A DNA stretch of 64,000 nucleotides from Chlorokybus atmophyticus (Eukaryota > Plantae > Mesostigma and Chlorokybus algae). The stretch is from assembly GCA_009103225.1 (NCBI GenBank), contig RHPI01002402.1, forward strand, positions 777,412 to 841,411, written 5' to 3'. The first letter of the stretch is position 1. Every line of letters begins with the position of its first letter. Below are positions 62,241 through 64,000 of this stretch, one piece after another. The position numbers and the translations under genes were made by a program. Below the pieces are notes generated by a model. The model saw only the letters and a program-made list of their open reading frames with translations. It searched no databases and had not been told where the DNA came from.

Positions 62241-64000
62241 TTACTTAACCCCATGAACATGCACCCAACACATGCACCGAGCATAGGCCCTTATGCTCGA
62301 CCGCGCAATCACGACATTGACTTTGAACAGATCATGAATAAGGTGCTCCAAAGGCCAAACGTCTTCGCCAACATGAAGAACTCGTCTTTTACGCATGGTC
62401 ATTGTACTTCTGGCAGTTGAGCGAGCTTCGCTGCATACTATATAAGCTCTTTTTATGTACATCCCCATGAAGCGAGGGTCACATGTAATGATCATAGAGT
62501 AGGAGGCCTACGTCGTGGCTTGGTCTAAAGGAAAGCTTGTAAAATTTGCATCTGCGTAACTCGCTTGATAACTGCCAATGAAGTCAATAGCTTCGAATTG
62601 ACACACTGCACTGCATGATGTGTGAGTGAGTGCATGTGCAAGTGCAAATGCTTACGTGTGTGCGTGGTTGTTATATGGGCTGAGCATATGCTTTATTATA
62701 CACGTTATGCCTTATGATATTTCTTCCAGCAAGTGGCGTGTGCGCTGCGAGCGCAAGAGTGGGGGATGCTTAAGAGAGGAGGGGCCATGGTGGAGGACGA
62801 TACCTGGTTAATGACTCTTGACATGGTGCTCTTATCGATAAAGACATGGCGTTGCGTGGGGTAATGTGTGTGTCGCACCGAGTGCAATGGCGGACACCTT
62901 GTGTAGGTTCTGTATGTGTACGGTTGTTGTGTCAAAGAGATGCAAAGGTTTTTTGTGCTTATTCCTTTGTGTTCGGGTCTGGTAGAAGGTAAATACTAAA
63001 ACGCTTGCATGCCAATTGTATAGAGCGGTTTTTACAGTAACCCGCCTGACAAATGATGTGATACACCTCGTCACGCACGGCGTTACTGATGATGCGTGGC
63101 GTTGTGCTGCAGAGGAGAAGAGCAACATAACAATTGCATCCCTTGTCCATCCCTTTGAGCTATACTGCATGCGCAGTGAGTGTGGCAGCATGGGATGAGC
63201 TAGCCTCACAAGCAAGCGCACCGCAGCACAAAGCACATGGTTGGATGGGCGCAAGCTAGGATATGAGGTTATGCATAGTAACACTTGCAGTTGTTAAAAT
63301 GTGTACAGTAGGCATACAAAAGGAGAGAGAGAGAGAGAGAGAGAGAGCAGCAGCAGCAGCAGCAGCATCATGACACCATGAGTCGTTCCACAACCGACTT
63401 TGAGTTTCATTGAATCACTCTTATATGTCAAACAAAATTCAGCGCTGTGTGCATACTACTAGTAGTATGCTCATGTGCACCGGATGTCCATGACACTTAC
63501 ACTCACACAATGACAATGACTCGAGAGCTCTAGTTGTATGTTGTGCGCAATAATATTGCAATTGGTGTTGCAAATTGTCTCCTGATTGTGGCCCACAATT
63601 TGTGGATATATGTACACACCATTATGACATGCATCATGCATGTGATAATGCGCAACCAATCGCCCCTTGGTCCCTAGAACAATGTCCTCCCTCTGCAGAG
63701 TATCAATGGCAGCCATGCTGTTAGACCTTAGACCGGACTTGCAGTTTTCAAAGGAGAGTCCACAGCCAACGCAGCTGCCAGCCCTGCCTCTATGCTCCGA
63801 GGCATTTGTAGGTGCATCTGCAGCGCGAGGGGTGTAGCACTATCTGAGACATCACAGAACACCTGTATTGGGTTTGAGCGAGGAGCATACAGCATGTGGC
63901 TGTTTGTGGTGGTAGCGGTGTTAAGTGTGCTAGCCTTCAAACTTTGGCTGTCAATCACCGACCGTCGCGGGTTGTCAGTGGTGCAAAGCGATGGCAATGG

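Noticed and set aside
1-64000. tRNA, rRNA and snRNA genes (including tRNA-Sec)
   Set aside because: None recognised by eye; a tRNAscan-SE or Infernal run is needed to exclude them.

Overview
Intron-rich eukaryotic nuclear DNA. The proteins are land-plant-like (SDP1, STN8, Raf-like kinase, ECH2, SABRE), yet one gene looks like a selenoprotein, which land plants lack. This points to a streptophyte green alga (inference only). About 15 spliced genes are supported, mostly in head-to-head pairs: SABRE/BLTP2-like (partial), ECH2, a stand-alone MYC-N/GAF-like protein, two single-pass membrane proteins, STN8, NSE3/MAGE, RanBP1, KANSL2/INO80D-like, YacP-like NYN, a family-16 methyltransferase, an EDR1-like kinase, UTP23, a multi-pass membrane protein, SDP1, NUP62 and plastid RPS1. 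A TE-like, gene-poor block lies at about 23-30 kb and contains a mitochondrial nad3 fragment; a second one starts at about 60 kb. Top finding: the membrane-protein gene at 46396-47628 (-) splices into one 274-codon frame interrupted only by two in-frame TGA codons (C-V-T-U and G-S-U-C). A well-formed type II SECIS hairpin sits 25 nt after its TAG stop, so it is a candidate two-selenocysteine membrane protein that the ORF track cuts into pieces. Exon boundaries were read by eye and no database searches were run.
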